Positions 39,897 to 48,239 of a DNA stretch of 64,000 bases are shown here, piece by piece. A program made the position numbers and the translations under genes. Origin of the DNA: an uncultured Gemmobacter sp. (GTDB lineage: Bacteria > Pseudomonadota > Alphaproteobacteria > Rhodobacterales > Rhodobacteraceae); the NCBI GenBank assembly GCA_964439015.1, contig CAYTMV010000001.1:34174-98173 (forward strand). Direction: 5' to 3'. Each line of letters begins with the position of its first letter. Positions within the stretch are counted from its first letter, which is position 1. The notes beneath the pieces are model-generated. The model ran no database searches and was not told the DNA's origin. It saw only the letters and a program-made list of their open reading frames with translations.

Positions 39897-40853
39897 TCAG
39901 CGCCAGTCGAAGAAGCCCTTCGGGGCCTGGGCCAGCAGGCGGCGGGCCAGATCGGCCCCCAGTGCTGCGCCATCGGCAATCATGCCGCGGGCTTCGCCAG
40001 CGATGACTTCGGATCCGTCGGGACGCAGGATTTCGCCCCGTAGCCAGATCTCGCCCCCTTCCAGCAGTGCCAGCCCGGCAATCGGCGTCTCGCAAGAGCC
40101 GTCGAGGGTCGCGAGATAGGCGCGCTCGGCGGCGAGGCGGTGCCCGGTTTCGGTGTGGTGGATCGCGGCCAGCATGGCCTCGGCCCGCGTGTCGTCCAGC
40201 CGACGCTCGATGCCGATGGCGCCTTGGGCTACCGCGGGCAGCATCTCATCCACCGCGATGGCCGAGCGTGCCACATCGGCCATGCCCAGCCGGTTCAGTC
40301 CGGCCATGGCGAGGAAGGTGGCAACCGCCACGCCATCCTCGAGTTTTTTCATCCGGGTCTGCACATTGCCCCGAAACTCGACCAGTTTCAGGTCGGGCCG
40401 GCGATGGGCCAGTTGCGCGCGGCGGCGCAGGCTGGAGGAGCCGACGGTCGCGCCCTGCGGCAGATCGGCCAGCCGGGCGACAGAGGGCGAGACAAAGGCA
40501 TCGCGCACATCTTCGCGCGGCAGGTAGGTGTCGAGGATCAGCCCCGCGGGCTGGGCGACCGGCATGTCCTTCATCGAATGGACGGCGATGTCGATCCCCC
40601 CCGACAGCAGCGCCTCTTCGATCTCCTTGGTAAACAGCCCCTTGCCGCCGATCTCTTTCAGCGGGCGGTCCAGCACCCGGTCGCCGGTGGTCTTGATCAC
40701 CACGATCTCGAAGGCGGCCTCGGGCAGGCCGAAGGCCGCCATCAGCCGGCGGCGGGTCTCATGGGCCTGCGCCAGAGCCAGCGGCGAGCCGCGGGTGCCG
40801 ATCTTCAGGGGCTGGGCGGGGGTGGGGAGAGGCTTGGTCATGACCGAAGGCAT
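39897..40853 (-). CDS. hemC: hydroxymethylbilane synthase
   Basis: Motifs are KIGTRGSPLALAQA and the cofactor-binding GSCETPIAG. The start is at MPSVMTKP; an alternative ATG lies at 40841. The 497-aa ORF call is over-extended. Confidence 0.85.
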   Translation of the reverse strand: MPSVMTKPLPTPAQPLKIGTRGSPLALAQAHETRRRLMAAFGLPEAAFEIVVIKTTGDRVLDRPLKEIGGKGLFTKEIEEALLSGGIDIAVHSMKDMPVAQPAGLILDTYLPREDVRDAFVSPSVARLADLPQGATVGSSSLRRRAQLAHRRPDLKLVEFRGNVQTRMKKLEDGVAVATFLAMAGLNRLGMADVARSAIAVDEMLPAVAQGAIGIERRLDDTRAEAMLAAIHHTETGHRLAAERAYLATLDGSCETPIAGLALLEGGEIWLRGEILRPDGSEVIAGEARGMIADGAALGADLARRLLAQAPKGFFDWR

Positions 40854-41045
40854 AGCGGCAAGGCGATGGCGTTTCAACTGTGGCAGGCGCGCGCGGGGGG
40901 CTTTGCCCCCCTCTTGGCCTGCGGCCAATTCACCCCCCAGGATATTTGCGCCTGAATGATGGGCAAGCACATGGCGACACCCTGACACGCTTGACCTTCC
41001 GGGGCCGGACAGGCAGACCGGTTGGCGACTGGACAGGAGCCCGCC

Positions 41046-42077
41046 ATGACTGAAAAGCTGATCCTCCGTGCGCTGAAGGGCGAGATTCTGCCAACGCCGC
41101 CGATCTGGATGATGCGGCAGGCAGGGCGCTATCTGCCGGAATACCGGGCAACGCGGGCAGAGGCCGGAGATTTTCTTTCGCTGTGCTATAACCCGGAATT
41201 GGCGGCCGAGGTGACCTTGCAGCCGATCCGGCGCTATGGCTTTGATGCGGCGATCCTCTTTGCCGACATCCTGCTGTTGCCGCAGGCGCTGGGACCGAAG
41301 CTGTGGTTTGAAACCGGCGAAGGTCCGCGGATGGAGACGACCACGACGATGGCGCAGGTGCAGGCGTTGAAGCCGAAAGAGGCGATCCATGACATGCTGG
41401 CACCGGTCTATGAAACCGTGCGTATCCTGTCACGAGAGCTGCCGCGCGAGACCACGCTGATCGGGTTTGCCGGGGCGCCCTGGACGGTCGCCACCTACAT
41501 GATTGCCGGGCGCGGGTCAAAGGATCAGGGCGCGGCGCATCGGCTGAAGGATAGCGACCGGGCGACCTTTGTTGCGCTGATCGAGGTGATTACCGAGGCG
41601 ACCATCGACTACCTCTCCGAGCAGGTGAAGGCCGGGGCCGAGGTGGTCAAGCTGTTCGACAGTTGGGCCGGCAGCCTGAAGGGGGCGGATTTTACCGATT
41701 TCGCGCTGAAGCCCGCCGCCCGCATCATTGCGGAACTCAAGGCGCGCCACCCCGGTCTGCCGATCATCGCCTTTCCGCGCGAGGCGGGGCAGGGCTATAT
41801 CGGGTTTGCCAAGGCGACCGGGGCCGATTGCGTGGCAATCGACAATTCCGTCACGCCCGAATGGGCGGCGGCAAATGTGCAGGTCGATGGCTGCGTGCAG
41901 GGTAATCTGGCGCCGCACCATCTGGTGACCGGGGGTGAGGCGCTGGTGCGCGAAACCCGGCGCGTGGTCGAGGCCTTCCGCAACGGTCCGCATATCTTCA
42001 ACCTCGGCCATGGCATTACGCCGGACGCTGACCCCGAGAATGTGGCGCGGATGATCGCGGCGGTGCGGGGGGCGTGA
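41046..42077 (+). CDS. hemE: uroporphyrinogen decarboxylase
   Basis: 343 aa with a CAGGAG RBS and the [15 protein letters not shown] motif. Confidence 0.9.
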   Translation: MTEKLILRALKGEILPTPPIWMMRQAGRYLPEYRATRAEAGDFLSLCYNPELAAEVTLQPIRRYGFDAAILFADILLLPQALGPKLWFETGEGPRMETTTTMAQVQALKPKEAIHDMLAPVYETVRILSRELPRETTLIGFAGAPWTVATYMIAGRGSKDQGAAHRLKDSDRATFVALIEVITEATIDYLSEQVKAGAEVVKLFDSWAGSLKGADFTDFALKPAARIIAELKARHPGLPIIAFPREAGQGYIGFAKATGADCVAIDNSVTPEWAAANVQVDGCVQGNLAPHHLVTGGEALVRETRRVVEAFRNGPHIFNLGHGITPDADPENVARMIAAVRGA

Positions 42078-42086
42078 CGCCCCCAC

Positions 42087-42422
42087 TCAGACCGTCAGCC
42101 CCATCTCGCGCAGCGCGGTCAGGGCGGCTTCGGCCCCCTCGCAGGTTTTCAGCCGCACGGCCACCGTGCCTGCATAGCCGAAGCGGCCCGACAGCGCGGG
42201 GCGGATCGTCGCTTCCAGACCCAGCGGGCCAAGGGTCAGCGCGTCCAACGCATCCTCGGCGCCAAAGCCTTCGTCATTCACCTCGAACCAGATCGGGCCG
42301 CCGTCGAGGGCTTGGCTGAACAGCACGTAATCGTCGCGCTTCGGGTCGACGAAGCCAACGAAACGCCGGCCATCCTCTGCCGTCACAGTGGCATAGCCCG
42401 CCTTCACCACGATATCCGCCAT
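42087..42422 (-). CDS. hypothetical small cytoplasmic protein
   Basis: 111 aa from MADIVVKAGY. It has no TM helix and I recognise no family. It sits at the hemE-proximal edge of the accessory block, divergent from the diflavin reductase. Confidence 0.4.
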   Translation of the reverse strand: MADIVVKAGYATVTAEDGRRFVGFVDPKRDDYVLFSQALDGGPIWFEVNDEGFGAEDALDALTLGPLGLEATIRPALSGRFGYAGTVAVRLKTCEGAEAALTALREMGLTV

Positions 42423-42588
42423 CTTGCCGTCCTCCATTCTGTCGGGTGCATACGCGGTTTGGCGCTCTTTCACCACGTCGTTTTCCGGGGCGTGGCCTTG
42501 GTGGAGGCGCGTGGACGGCACGCACCTGTTCCGAGTGCAGCGTTCCGGAAGGATGGATGTGCCGGTTGTTTTACCCCCCTGCGCAATC

Positions 42589-42604
42589 TGGCACAGGTCT
42601 TGCA
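42589..42604 (+). promoter_or_regulatory. sigma-54 (-24/-12) promoter TGGCAC-AGGTC-TTGCA
   Basis: Perfect match to TGGCAC-N5-TTGCA, 26-38 nt upstream of the reductase start codons. A 21-nt stretch including it is identical to the promoter at 56279..56299. Confidence 0.75.
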
Positions 42605-42641
42605 TGGGGAGGGAAAGGTTTCCGTCAAGATGAGATGTCCC

Positions 42642-44309
42642 ATGCAGCAGGTAGTTCCCGTCGCGCAGAGCCAGCAGGGCGCGGCTTCGATTCATGTATT
42701 GTTCGGCACCCAGACCGGCACGACCGAAATGGTCGCATCGGATATCGAGGACGCGCTGGCGGCCAAGGGCTTTGCGGTCTCTGCCCCGCGCGGTCTGGAT
42801 GAGGTGACCATGGCCGAGCTTTCCGGTCTGGGCACGGTGCTGGTTGTCTGCTCAAGCTATGGCGATGGCTGGTTTCCGGATGCGGCGGTCGATTTCTACG
42901 AGGCGCTGACCGCGCCGGATGCGCCGGATCTGACGGGTCTCAGCTTTGCTGTGCTTGGGTTTGGCGACAGCGGTTATGATGATTTCTGCGCGGCCGGTCG
43001 TCTGCTGGACGAGGCGTTGGCGGCCTGTGGGGCCTTGCGTATCCACCCTCGCGGCAGCTGCGACATTGTCTATGAGCAGGCTGCCGAAACCTGGACGGAG
43101 GGCGTGCTGTCGGTGCTGCAAACACGCCGCGCCGAGGGTGCGGTGGCGGCCGTGGCCGCGCCCGTGGTGCTGCGGGAAAAAGGTGAGCGCCCGAAATGGA
43201 CCCGCGCCCATCCCTGCGCGGCGCGGCTGGTGGAAAACCGTCTGTTGTCCGATCCCGCCTCGGACAAGGAAATCCGGCATTTCCGCATCGAGCTGGGCGA
43301 GGACGGGCCGGCTTATGAGGTCGGGGATGCGCTGAACATCCTGCCGGAAAACGATCCGGCACTGGTCGAGGCTTGGCTTGACCGCAGCGGCGTCGCGCCC
43401 GAGACGGTCCTTCCGGGCCATGATCGCCCCTTTGCCGACATGCTGCGGGATGGTCTGGAGATCGTGACCCCCTCGCGGGAATTGCTGGAGTTGATGGCCA
43501 AACGCGCAGCGGGGGGGGAACTTGGGCGGCTGATGGCACAAGGCGACCGCGCCGGGCTTGAGGCCTGGCTGTGGGGGCGCGATGCGCTGGACCTTCTGAC
43601 GGAGGTGCCCGAAGTCACGCTGTCGCCTGAGGAGCTTGTATCGGTGCTGCGTCCGCTGCAGCATCGGTCCTATTCGATTGCCTCCAGTGCGCGGGTCTTG
43701 CCGCATGCAGTGGATCTGACGGTGTCGGTGGTGCGCTTTGACAGAAATGGGCGGGCCCATGGCGGGGTCTGCTCGACCTATCTGGCAGACCGGCTGCCGG
43801 TCGGTGGCGCGGTGAACGTGTTTGTTACGCCCAATTCGGCGTTCCGGGTGCCGTCGGACCCGGCGGTGCCGATGATCATGGTTGGTCCCGGCGCCGGCAT
43901 CGCCCCGTTCATCGGCTTTTTGCAGGAGCGTGCGGCGGTCGGCGCAACGGGCAGCAACTGGCTGTTCTTCGGTGATCGGCGCCGCGCGCATGACTTCATC
44001 TATCGCGCCGAGCTGGAGGCGTGGCAGCAGCAGGGGGTTTTGACCCGGCTGGATCTGGCCTTCTCGCGCGATGGCGCGGAAAAGGTCTATGTGCAGGACC
44101 GGATGCGCGCCGCCGGGGCCGATCTTTTTGCCGCACTGGAGGCAGGGGGGCATTTTTACGTCTGCGGTGACGCGCAGCGCATGGCCCCCGATGTCGAGGC
44201 GGCGCTGCTTGAGGTCATTGCCGAGCATGGCGGTCTGGATGCTGCGGGGGCGCAGGAATATCTGGCGCGGTTGCGGCGCGAAAGGCGCTATCTGCGCGAC
44301 GTTTACTGA
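42642..44309 (+). CDS. diflavin reductase (flavodoxin + FAD/NADPH domains, CysJ/CPR-like)
   Basis: FMN motifs are VLFGTQTGTTE and SSYGDGWFPD. The FAD motif is RSYSIASS and the NADPH motif is GPGAGIAPFIGF, with a C-terminal RYLRDVY. The start is at MQQVV; an alternative ATG lies at 42630. Confidence 0.8.
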   Translation: MQQVVPVAQSQQGAASIHVLFGTQTGTTEMVASDIEDALAAKGFAVSAPRGLDEVTMAELSGLGTVLVVCSSYGDGWFPDAAVDFYEALTAPDAPDLTGLSFAVLGFGDSGYDDFCAAGRLLDEALAACGALRIHPRGSCDIVYEQAAETWTEGVLSVLQTRRAEGAVAAVAAPVVLREKGERPKWTRAHPCAARLVENRLLSDPASDKEIRHFRIELGEDGPAYEVGDALNILPENDPALVEAWLDRSGVAPETVLPGHDRPFADMLRDGLEIVTPSRELLELMAKRAAGGELGRLMAQGDRAGLEAWLWGRDALDLLTEVPEVTLSPEELVSVLRPLQHRSYSIASSARVLPHAVDLTVSVVRFDRNGRAHGGVCSTYLADRLPVGGAVNVFVTPNSAFRVPSDPAVPMIMVGPGAGIAPFIGFLQERAAVGATGSNWLFFGDRRRAHDFIYRAELEAWQQQGVLTRLDLAFSRDGAEKVYVQDRMRAAGADLFAALEAGGHFYVCGDAQRMAPDVEAALLEVIAEHGGLDAAGAQEYLARLRRERRYLRDVY

Positions 44310-44330
44310 TCGCACTCCTTCAGGATGGCA

Positions 44331-44365
44331 AAGGCCGCGCCCCGGTCAAGGGCGCGGCCTTTTCG
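44331..44365. terminator. bidirectional terminator between the reductase and the amidotransferase-like gene
   Basis: 12-bp stem AAGGCCGCGCCC/GGGCGCGGCCTT followed by TTTCGG. Confidence 0.6.
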
Positions 44366-44384
44366 GTTTCAAGGGGCGCGCGGA

Positions 44385-45101
44385 TCAGCCGGCCTTCGCC
44401 TCGATACCTGCGCCGCGCATCAGGGCGGCGACCTTGCGGGCAAGCGGGGCATTGTCGACCTCAGACTGCGCGAGTTTGCCCTTGGCTTCGGCGGCGTGGT
44501 CGTGGCTGATCCACTCACCCGCCAGATCATCCGTCAGATCCTGCATGAATTCCTTTGTGAATTCAGGGTGAAACTGGACACTCAAGGCAGGGAAGTCATA
44601 GGCAATGACGCCAAAGGGGCAGAAATCATTGCCCCCGGACGAGCGGGCCGAGGGTGGCAGAACCTCGACCTGATCCTGATGGAAGACCAGGACGTCCTGA
44701 GGGGCGAGGCCAAGATCGCCGAAATGATAGGGCTGCGGTCCGGTGGCCACGCCCTTGTCGGATTTGCGCACCGCGCCGCCAAAGGCTGCCGCCATGATCT
44801 GATGGCCAAAGCAGATGCCGAACATCGGGATGCGCGCCTCGGCCAGACGGTTGAGGAAACGCTGCACATCCAGCATCCAGGGCAGGTTTTCATAGACGCC
44901 ATGCTTTGAGCCGGTCAGCAGATAGCCATCATAGTCCGCCGGATCTTCTGGCAGGGCCTCGCCCGAGACGACGCTGATAGTGGTAAATGTGGCTTCTGGC
45001 AGGGCCGGGCCAAGCCAGTTGCGCGCCATCTGCGGATATGTCCCGTGCTGGTCACGCAATTGCTCGGGGGTAAGGCCGTTTTCAATGATGCAGATTTTCA
45101 T
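44385..45101 (-). CDS. class I glutamine amidotransferase-like protein (PuuD-type gamma-glutamyl amide hydrolase candidate)
   Basis: 238 aa with the GATase1 nucleophile elbow GICFGHQ and a His (FHPE) near the C-terminus. Confidence 0.7.
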   Translation of the reverse strand: MKICIIENGLTPEQLRDQHGTYPQMARNWLGPALPEATFTTISVVSGEALPEDPADYDGYLLTGSKHGVYENLPWMLDVQRFLNRLAEARIPMFGICFGHQIMAAAFGGAVRKSDKGVATGPQPYHFGDLGLAPQDVLVFHQDQVEVLPPSARSSGGNDFCPFGVIAYDFPALSVQFHPEFTKEFMQDLTDDLAGEWISHDHAAEAKGKLAQSEVDNAPLARKVAALMRGAGIEAKAG

Positions 45102-45120
45102 CGCGTCTTCCTTTTGCGGT

Positions 45121-46632
45121 TCAGCCGCCGAGATGGATCCAGACCGATTTGGTCTGGGAATACTGGTGCAGGGCTTCTAGGCACTTGTCGCGGCCGTTGC
45201 CAGATTGCTTGACGCCGCCCCAAGGCGCCGTGGCATCGCGGTCGAAATAGGTGTTCACCCAGACCATGCCGCTTTCGACATCGCGGGCAAAACGGTGGGC
45301 GCGGCCCAGGTCGCGGGTCCAGACCGAGGCGCCCAGACCGAAGATCGAGCTGTTGGCCAGTTCCAACCCATGTTCCATGTCGCGGATGGGCAGCACGACG
45401 CCCACCGGCCCAAAGATCTCGTGCGCGGCAATCGTCATGTCGTTGCGCGCCTCGGTGAACAGGGTGGGCGAGATGTAGAGGCCATCCTCCAGCCCCTCGG
45501 GTGCGCCCCCGCCCATGGCCAGATGCGCGCCCTCTTCCCGGCCCTTGGCGATATAGCTGCAGACCGTCCGGTGCTGGCGGTCATCCACCATTGGCCCCAT
45601 GCTGGTGGCCGGGTCCAGTGGATCGCCGGGCTGATAAAGTGCTGCGGTTCTGTCGATGAAACGCTGCAGAAATTCATCATGGATCGACCGTTCGACCATG
45701 ATCCGCGATCCGGCGGCGCAAACCTCGCCCTGATTGGAATAGATGCCATGCACGGCGTTTTCCACGGCGCGATCCAGATCGCAATCGGCCAGGATGATCT
45801 GGGGCGACTTGCCGCCACACTCGGTGGTGACATGCTTGAGGTTGGACTCGCCGGCATAGCGCATCATCAGCCCGCCGACCGGCACCGATCCGGTAAAGCC
45901 GATCTTGTCCACGTCCATGTGCCGGGCCAGCGCCTGCCCGGCATCCGAACCCGAGCCATTGACGACGCTGAACACCCCCGCCGGCCCGCCGGCCTCGGCA
46001 AACAGCCGCGCCAGCAGCACGGCCGACATGCCGGTCTGTTGGGCGGGCTTCAGCACCACCGAGTTGCCCATCGCCAACGCCGGACCCAGTTTCCAGCAGG
46101 CCATCAGCATCGGATAGTTCCACGGCACGATCAGCCCGACGACCCCCAGCGGCTGGCGCAGCACATAGTGCAGGGCGCCTGGGTCGGTATTGGTCACGGC
46201 CCCTTCGATCTTGTCGATCGCCTCGGCGGCGAAGCGGATGTTGGCGACCGCCGAAGGCACGTCAAAGCCCAGCATCCCCGATACGGTCTTGCCCATCTCG
46301 ACACTGTCCAGCAGCGCAAATTCAGCCGCGTGGGCGCCGATCAGATCGGTAAAGCGCAGCAGCACATCCATGCGCGCGCGCGGCGGCAGGCGCGACCAGA
46401 CGCCCTCGCGGAAGGCGCGGCGGGCGGCTTTTACCGCGCGATCGACATCTTCCGCCGTGCCCGCGGCCATCGCGGCAATCACCTGCCCGGTGGCAGGGTT
46501 GACGCTGTCATAGCGGCCACCGGCAGCGGCATCGCAAAGCGCGCCGTCGATGAACATCCGGGTTTCATAGGCGTGGCTGGCGGCAAGGGCGTGCCATTCG
46601 GTCTTGCTGGCAGGGATGGGGCGCGAAGTCAT
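45121..46632 (-). CDS. NAD(P)-dependent aldehyde dehydrogenase
   Basis: 503 aa from MTSRPIP with an AGGAG RBS. It has ECGGKSP and the catalytic Cys in GEVCAAGSR. Confidence 0.85.
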   Translation of the reverse strand: MTSRPIPASKTEWHALAASHAYETRMFIDGALCDAAAGGRYDSVNPATGQVIAAMAAGTAEDVDRAVKAARRAFREGVWSRLPPRARMDVLLRFTDLIGAHAAEFALLDSVEMGKTVSGMLGFDVPSAVANIRFAAEAIDKIEGAVTNTDPGALHYVLRQPLGVVGLIVPWNYPMLMACWKLGPALAMGNSVVLKPAQQTGMSAVLLARLFAEAGGPAGVFSVVNGSGSDAGQALARHMDVDKIGFTGSVPVGGLMMRYAGESNLKHVTTECGGKSPQIILADCDLDRAVENAVHGIYSNQGEVCAAGSRIMVERSIHDEFLQRFIDRTAALYQPGDPLDPATSMGPMVDDRQHRTVCSYIAKGREEGAHLAMGGGAPEGLEDGLYISPTLFTEARNDMTIAAHEIFGPVGVVLPIRDMEHGLELANSSIFGLGASVWTRDLGRAHRFARDVESGMVWVNTYFDRDATAPWGGVKQSGNGRDKCLEALHQYSQTKSVWIHLGG

Positions 46633-46649
46633 GTGGGCTCCTGAGGATG

Positions 46650-46678
46650 AAAAAGGGGGCGCGCCGATGCGCGCCCCC
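46650..46678 (-). terminator. intrinsic terminator/attenuator inside the P450-ligase-ALDH gene string
   Basis: 10-bp perfect GC stem GGGGGCGCGC/GCGCGCCCCC with a 4-nt loop. On the minus strand it is followed by TTTTT, and it lies 17 nt before the ALDH start. Confidence 0.55.
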
Positions 46679-46697
46679 GATGCCGGAAAGGCGGGTG

Positions 46698-48200
46698 TCA
46701 GGGCAGGCAGTTCATGTAACGCCCGATGTCCCAATTGGTGACTTCCTTCAGGAAACGCTGCCAATCGTCGCGCTTCATCAGGTCATACAGCTCGTAGAGG
46801 CGGCCAGGCATGGCCTCCAGCACGATCGGGTCGGCCGCCAACGCGTCCAGCGCCTCTTTGAGGTTCATCGGGATCAGGTCGACATGCTCACCGGCCTTCA
46901 TCACCTCGACCACGTTGCGGGTTTCCGCCGGGCCGGGGTCGATGCCTTCGCGGATGCCTTCGTCGATCGCCTTCAGCAGCGCGCCGCAGAACAGGTAGGG
47001 GTTCACCATCGCATCCACCGCGCGGAACTCGAACCGGTCGGGCGAGGAGATGCGGATGGTGCAAGAGCGGTTCTGCGGACCCCAGTTGGCCCCGATCGGC
47101 GCCCAGAGGCCGACATCGGCAAAGCGGCGATAGGAGTTGACGGTCGAGGCCCCGATGGCGGTCAGCGCACCGATATGCTTCAGCGCACCGCCAAGGGCAT
47201 GCAGACCCAGTTGCGACGGCATCCAGCTGCCGTCCTTGCCCTCGAACTCGTTGGTGCCGCCGCGGTTATAGGTGAACACCTCTTCCATGCCCGGCAGATC
47301 GCCCTCGACCGAGCGGACGATCTCGTCGCCGTCGCCGCGCCACAGCGAGCAGTTGTGGTGGCATCCCAGCGCCGGATAGCCGACCATCGGCTTGGCCATG
47401 AAGCAGGCCTTCAGCCCGTGCTGCCGCGCCACCTCGTCGGCGATCTGGCGATAAGTGGTCAGGCGGTCGCAGGTGCGCAGCGCGTTGTCGAAGCTGAAAT
47501 TCAGCTCCAGCAGGCCCGGCGCATCCTCGACATCGCCCTGAACCATATCGAGGCCCATCGCCTCGGCATATTCATAGACCTGGGTCCACAGACCGCGCAC
47601 CGACTCGAACTGGCCGATGTGATAGGCATGCGGACCGGTGATCCCTTCATAGGGGAAGGCGCTGCCGTCATTGGTGGGGCGCAGCCACAGCATCTCGGGC
47701 TCCAGCCCCAGACGCAGGTGCAGACCGTCATGGGCGGCGCGGAATTCGCGCTCGAAACGCTTGAGGTTGCCGCGCACGTCGCATTCGAAATACATGCCCG
47801 GATTGACGTCTTCCTCAAGGCTGCGGAACAGCGTGCAGAACACCCGGCCGACATTCTTGTCCCACGGCAGTTGCACGAAGGTTTCCGGGTCGGGCAGGGC
47901 CAGCAACTCGCCGTCATTGGCCGAAAAGCCGTAAAGCTGGCCGTGGATGTCGCTGGCCACGTCGGTCACGCCGCCGATCCAGGTCTGGATGCCTTTCTTG
48001 GCGGTCCGTTCCCAATGGCGGGCGGGCAGCGCCTTGCCCAGAACGCGACCGGTGATCGTCACGAATTGGTAGTAGATGTATTTCACGCCGGTGGCGTTGA
48101 TCTTCTCGCGCACCCGGGCAATCCGCTCCTGACGCTGCGGGTCCGCGATTTCGCGGAACAGATCGCATTCTGCCAGTGTGGAAAAGTGATCTTTTGCCAT
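46698..48200 (-). CDS. glutamine synthetase family ligase (gamma-glutamyl-amide synthetase candidate)
   Basis: 500 aa. GS catalytic-domain motifs are retained: LEPEMLWL, DVEDAPGLLELNF, KPMVGYPALGCHHNCSLW, NSYRRF and FEFRAVDAMVNPY. Confidence 0.8.
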   Translation of the reverse strand: MAKDHFSTLAECDLFREIADPQRQERIARVREKINATGVKYIYYQFVTITGRVLGKALPARHWERTAKKGIQTWIGGVTDVASDIHGQLYGFSANDGELLALPDPETFVQLPWDKNVGRVFCTLFRSLEEDVNPGMYFECDVRGNLKRFEREFRAAHDGLHLRLGLEPEMLWLRPTNDGSAFPYEGITGPHAYHIGQFESVRGLWTQVYEYAEAMGLDMVQGDVEDAPGLLELNFSFDNALRTCDRLTTYRQIADEVARQHGLKACFMAKPMVGYPALGCHHNCSLWRGDGDEIVRSVEGDLPGMEEVFTYNRGGTNEFEGKDGSWMPSQLGLHALGGALKHIGALTAIGASTVNSYRRFADVGLWAPIGANWGPQNRSCTIRISSPDRFEFRAVDAMVNPYLFCGALLKAIDEGIREGIDPGPAETRNVVEVMKAGEHVDLIPMNLKEALDALAADPIVLEAMPGRLYELYDLMKRDDWQRFLKEVTNWDIGRYMNCLP

Positions 48201-48239
48201 CTTGTTTCTCCCTGTGAATGGCTGGTCTTGTTTGGCGCG

